Shown piece by piece: positions 24,341 to 24,808 of a DNA stretch of 24,808 bases. The notes beneath the pieces were generated by a model. It was not told where the DNA came from and did no database searches. It saw only the letters and a program-made list of their open reading frames with translations. The translations under genes were made by a program, and so were the position numbers. Every line of letters begins with the position of its first letter. Position 1 is the stretch's first letter. This DNA comes from a virus (Duplodnaviria > Caudoviricetes), in IMG/VR virus record IMGVR_UViG_3300048890_000030, positions 1 through 24,808 of that record. One strand, written 5' to 3'.

Positions 24341-24656
24341 GAAGCTCTGTCAACGGATCATTGCGGGACACAATATCTAGTGTCTTGATTTCGCGAATGA
24401 CCGTCTCCCCGGTGTCAAGCTTTTCTATCGTGACCTCGGCCGATTTATCCGGGCCGCTCGCAAGGTCGATTCCAATGAAGGTTTTCCCCATGCGCCTAGC
24501 CGGAAAAGGAATGTGCAGCCGTTTATTCCCTTGCGTAAGGAAATCGATCATTGCGCGTTGATGCGAATAGAGCCCCGGAAAAAGGTCCACAAGCTGCATT
24601 GCCGATTTCCAGCGCGGCCCGTAGTATTTCCGAAAACGGCGCTTTGGCTTTTTCAT
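24336..24656 (-). CDS. 106-aa protein containing terminase-large-subunit-like motif fragments
   Basis: LYSHQ...ARRMGKT is directly followed by FIGIDLASGPDKSA. ATGA-coupled start. Confidence 0.65.
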   Translation of the reverse strand: MKKPKRRFRKYYGPRWKSAMQLVDLFPGLYSHQRAMIDFLTQGNKRLHIPFPARRMGKTFIGIDLASGPDKSAEVTIEKLDTGETVIREIKTLDIVSRNDPLTELP

Positions 24657-24808
24657 CCTGCCATTGCCTTGACAATCAGCGCCTCTAGCCGTTCGATCCT
24701 CTGCCCGGCATAGGTGGATGCGGGCGATCCCGGCTTAAGCTTGCGCTGCCGTTCCTTTTCCGCCGTTACGCATATCCGCACGGCGTCGAGCAATTCCGGC
24801 GCCATTGC
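24653..24808 (-). CDS. Hypothetical phage protein, C-terminal part (truncated by the window edge)
   Basis: ...AMAPELLDAVRIC...LIVKAMAG-stop, resembling the common phage AAPELL motif. Its stop overlaps the next ATG. Confidence 0.7.
   Translation of the reverse strand, partial: AMAPELLDAVRICVTAEKERQRKLKPGSPASTYAGQRIERLEALIVKAMAG

Overview
This window is about 25 kb of a GC-rich tailed-phage genome, most likely a podovirus. An alphaproteobacterial host is only an inference. Two tightly packed, translationally coupled operons converge at about 10.92 kb. The + strand (1-10927) carries late genes in P22-like order: tail protein, gp10-like head-to-tail stabilisation protein, tail needle/fibre, gp14-like GNAT-fold protein, three DNA-ejection proteins (the last with a lytic transglycosylase), and a lysis cassette (membrane protein, SLT endolysin, holin, overlapping i-/o-spanins). 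The - strand (24808-10912) carries the replication module: Prim-Pol/RepA-type helicase, MerR-type regulator, SNF2 helicase, DUF2800 Cas4-like nuclease, DUF2815 SSB, family A DNA polymerase, two HNH endonucleases, a RuvC-like resolvase and many small accessory ORFs. The main unexplained signal is that five otherwise unrelated - strand proteins end in the same Pro-rich...E[F/Y]DL-stop tail, encoded by a near-identical 16-nt RBS/stop/start junction. Other notable items are an RMF/CrpP-like motif fused to the SNF2 helicase, two families of repeated non-coding leader elements, three tandem beta-sandwich repeats fused to half of a gp10-like protein, and a 106-aa terminase-like remnant. All calls come from motif reading by eye; no database search was run.
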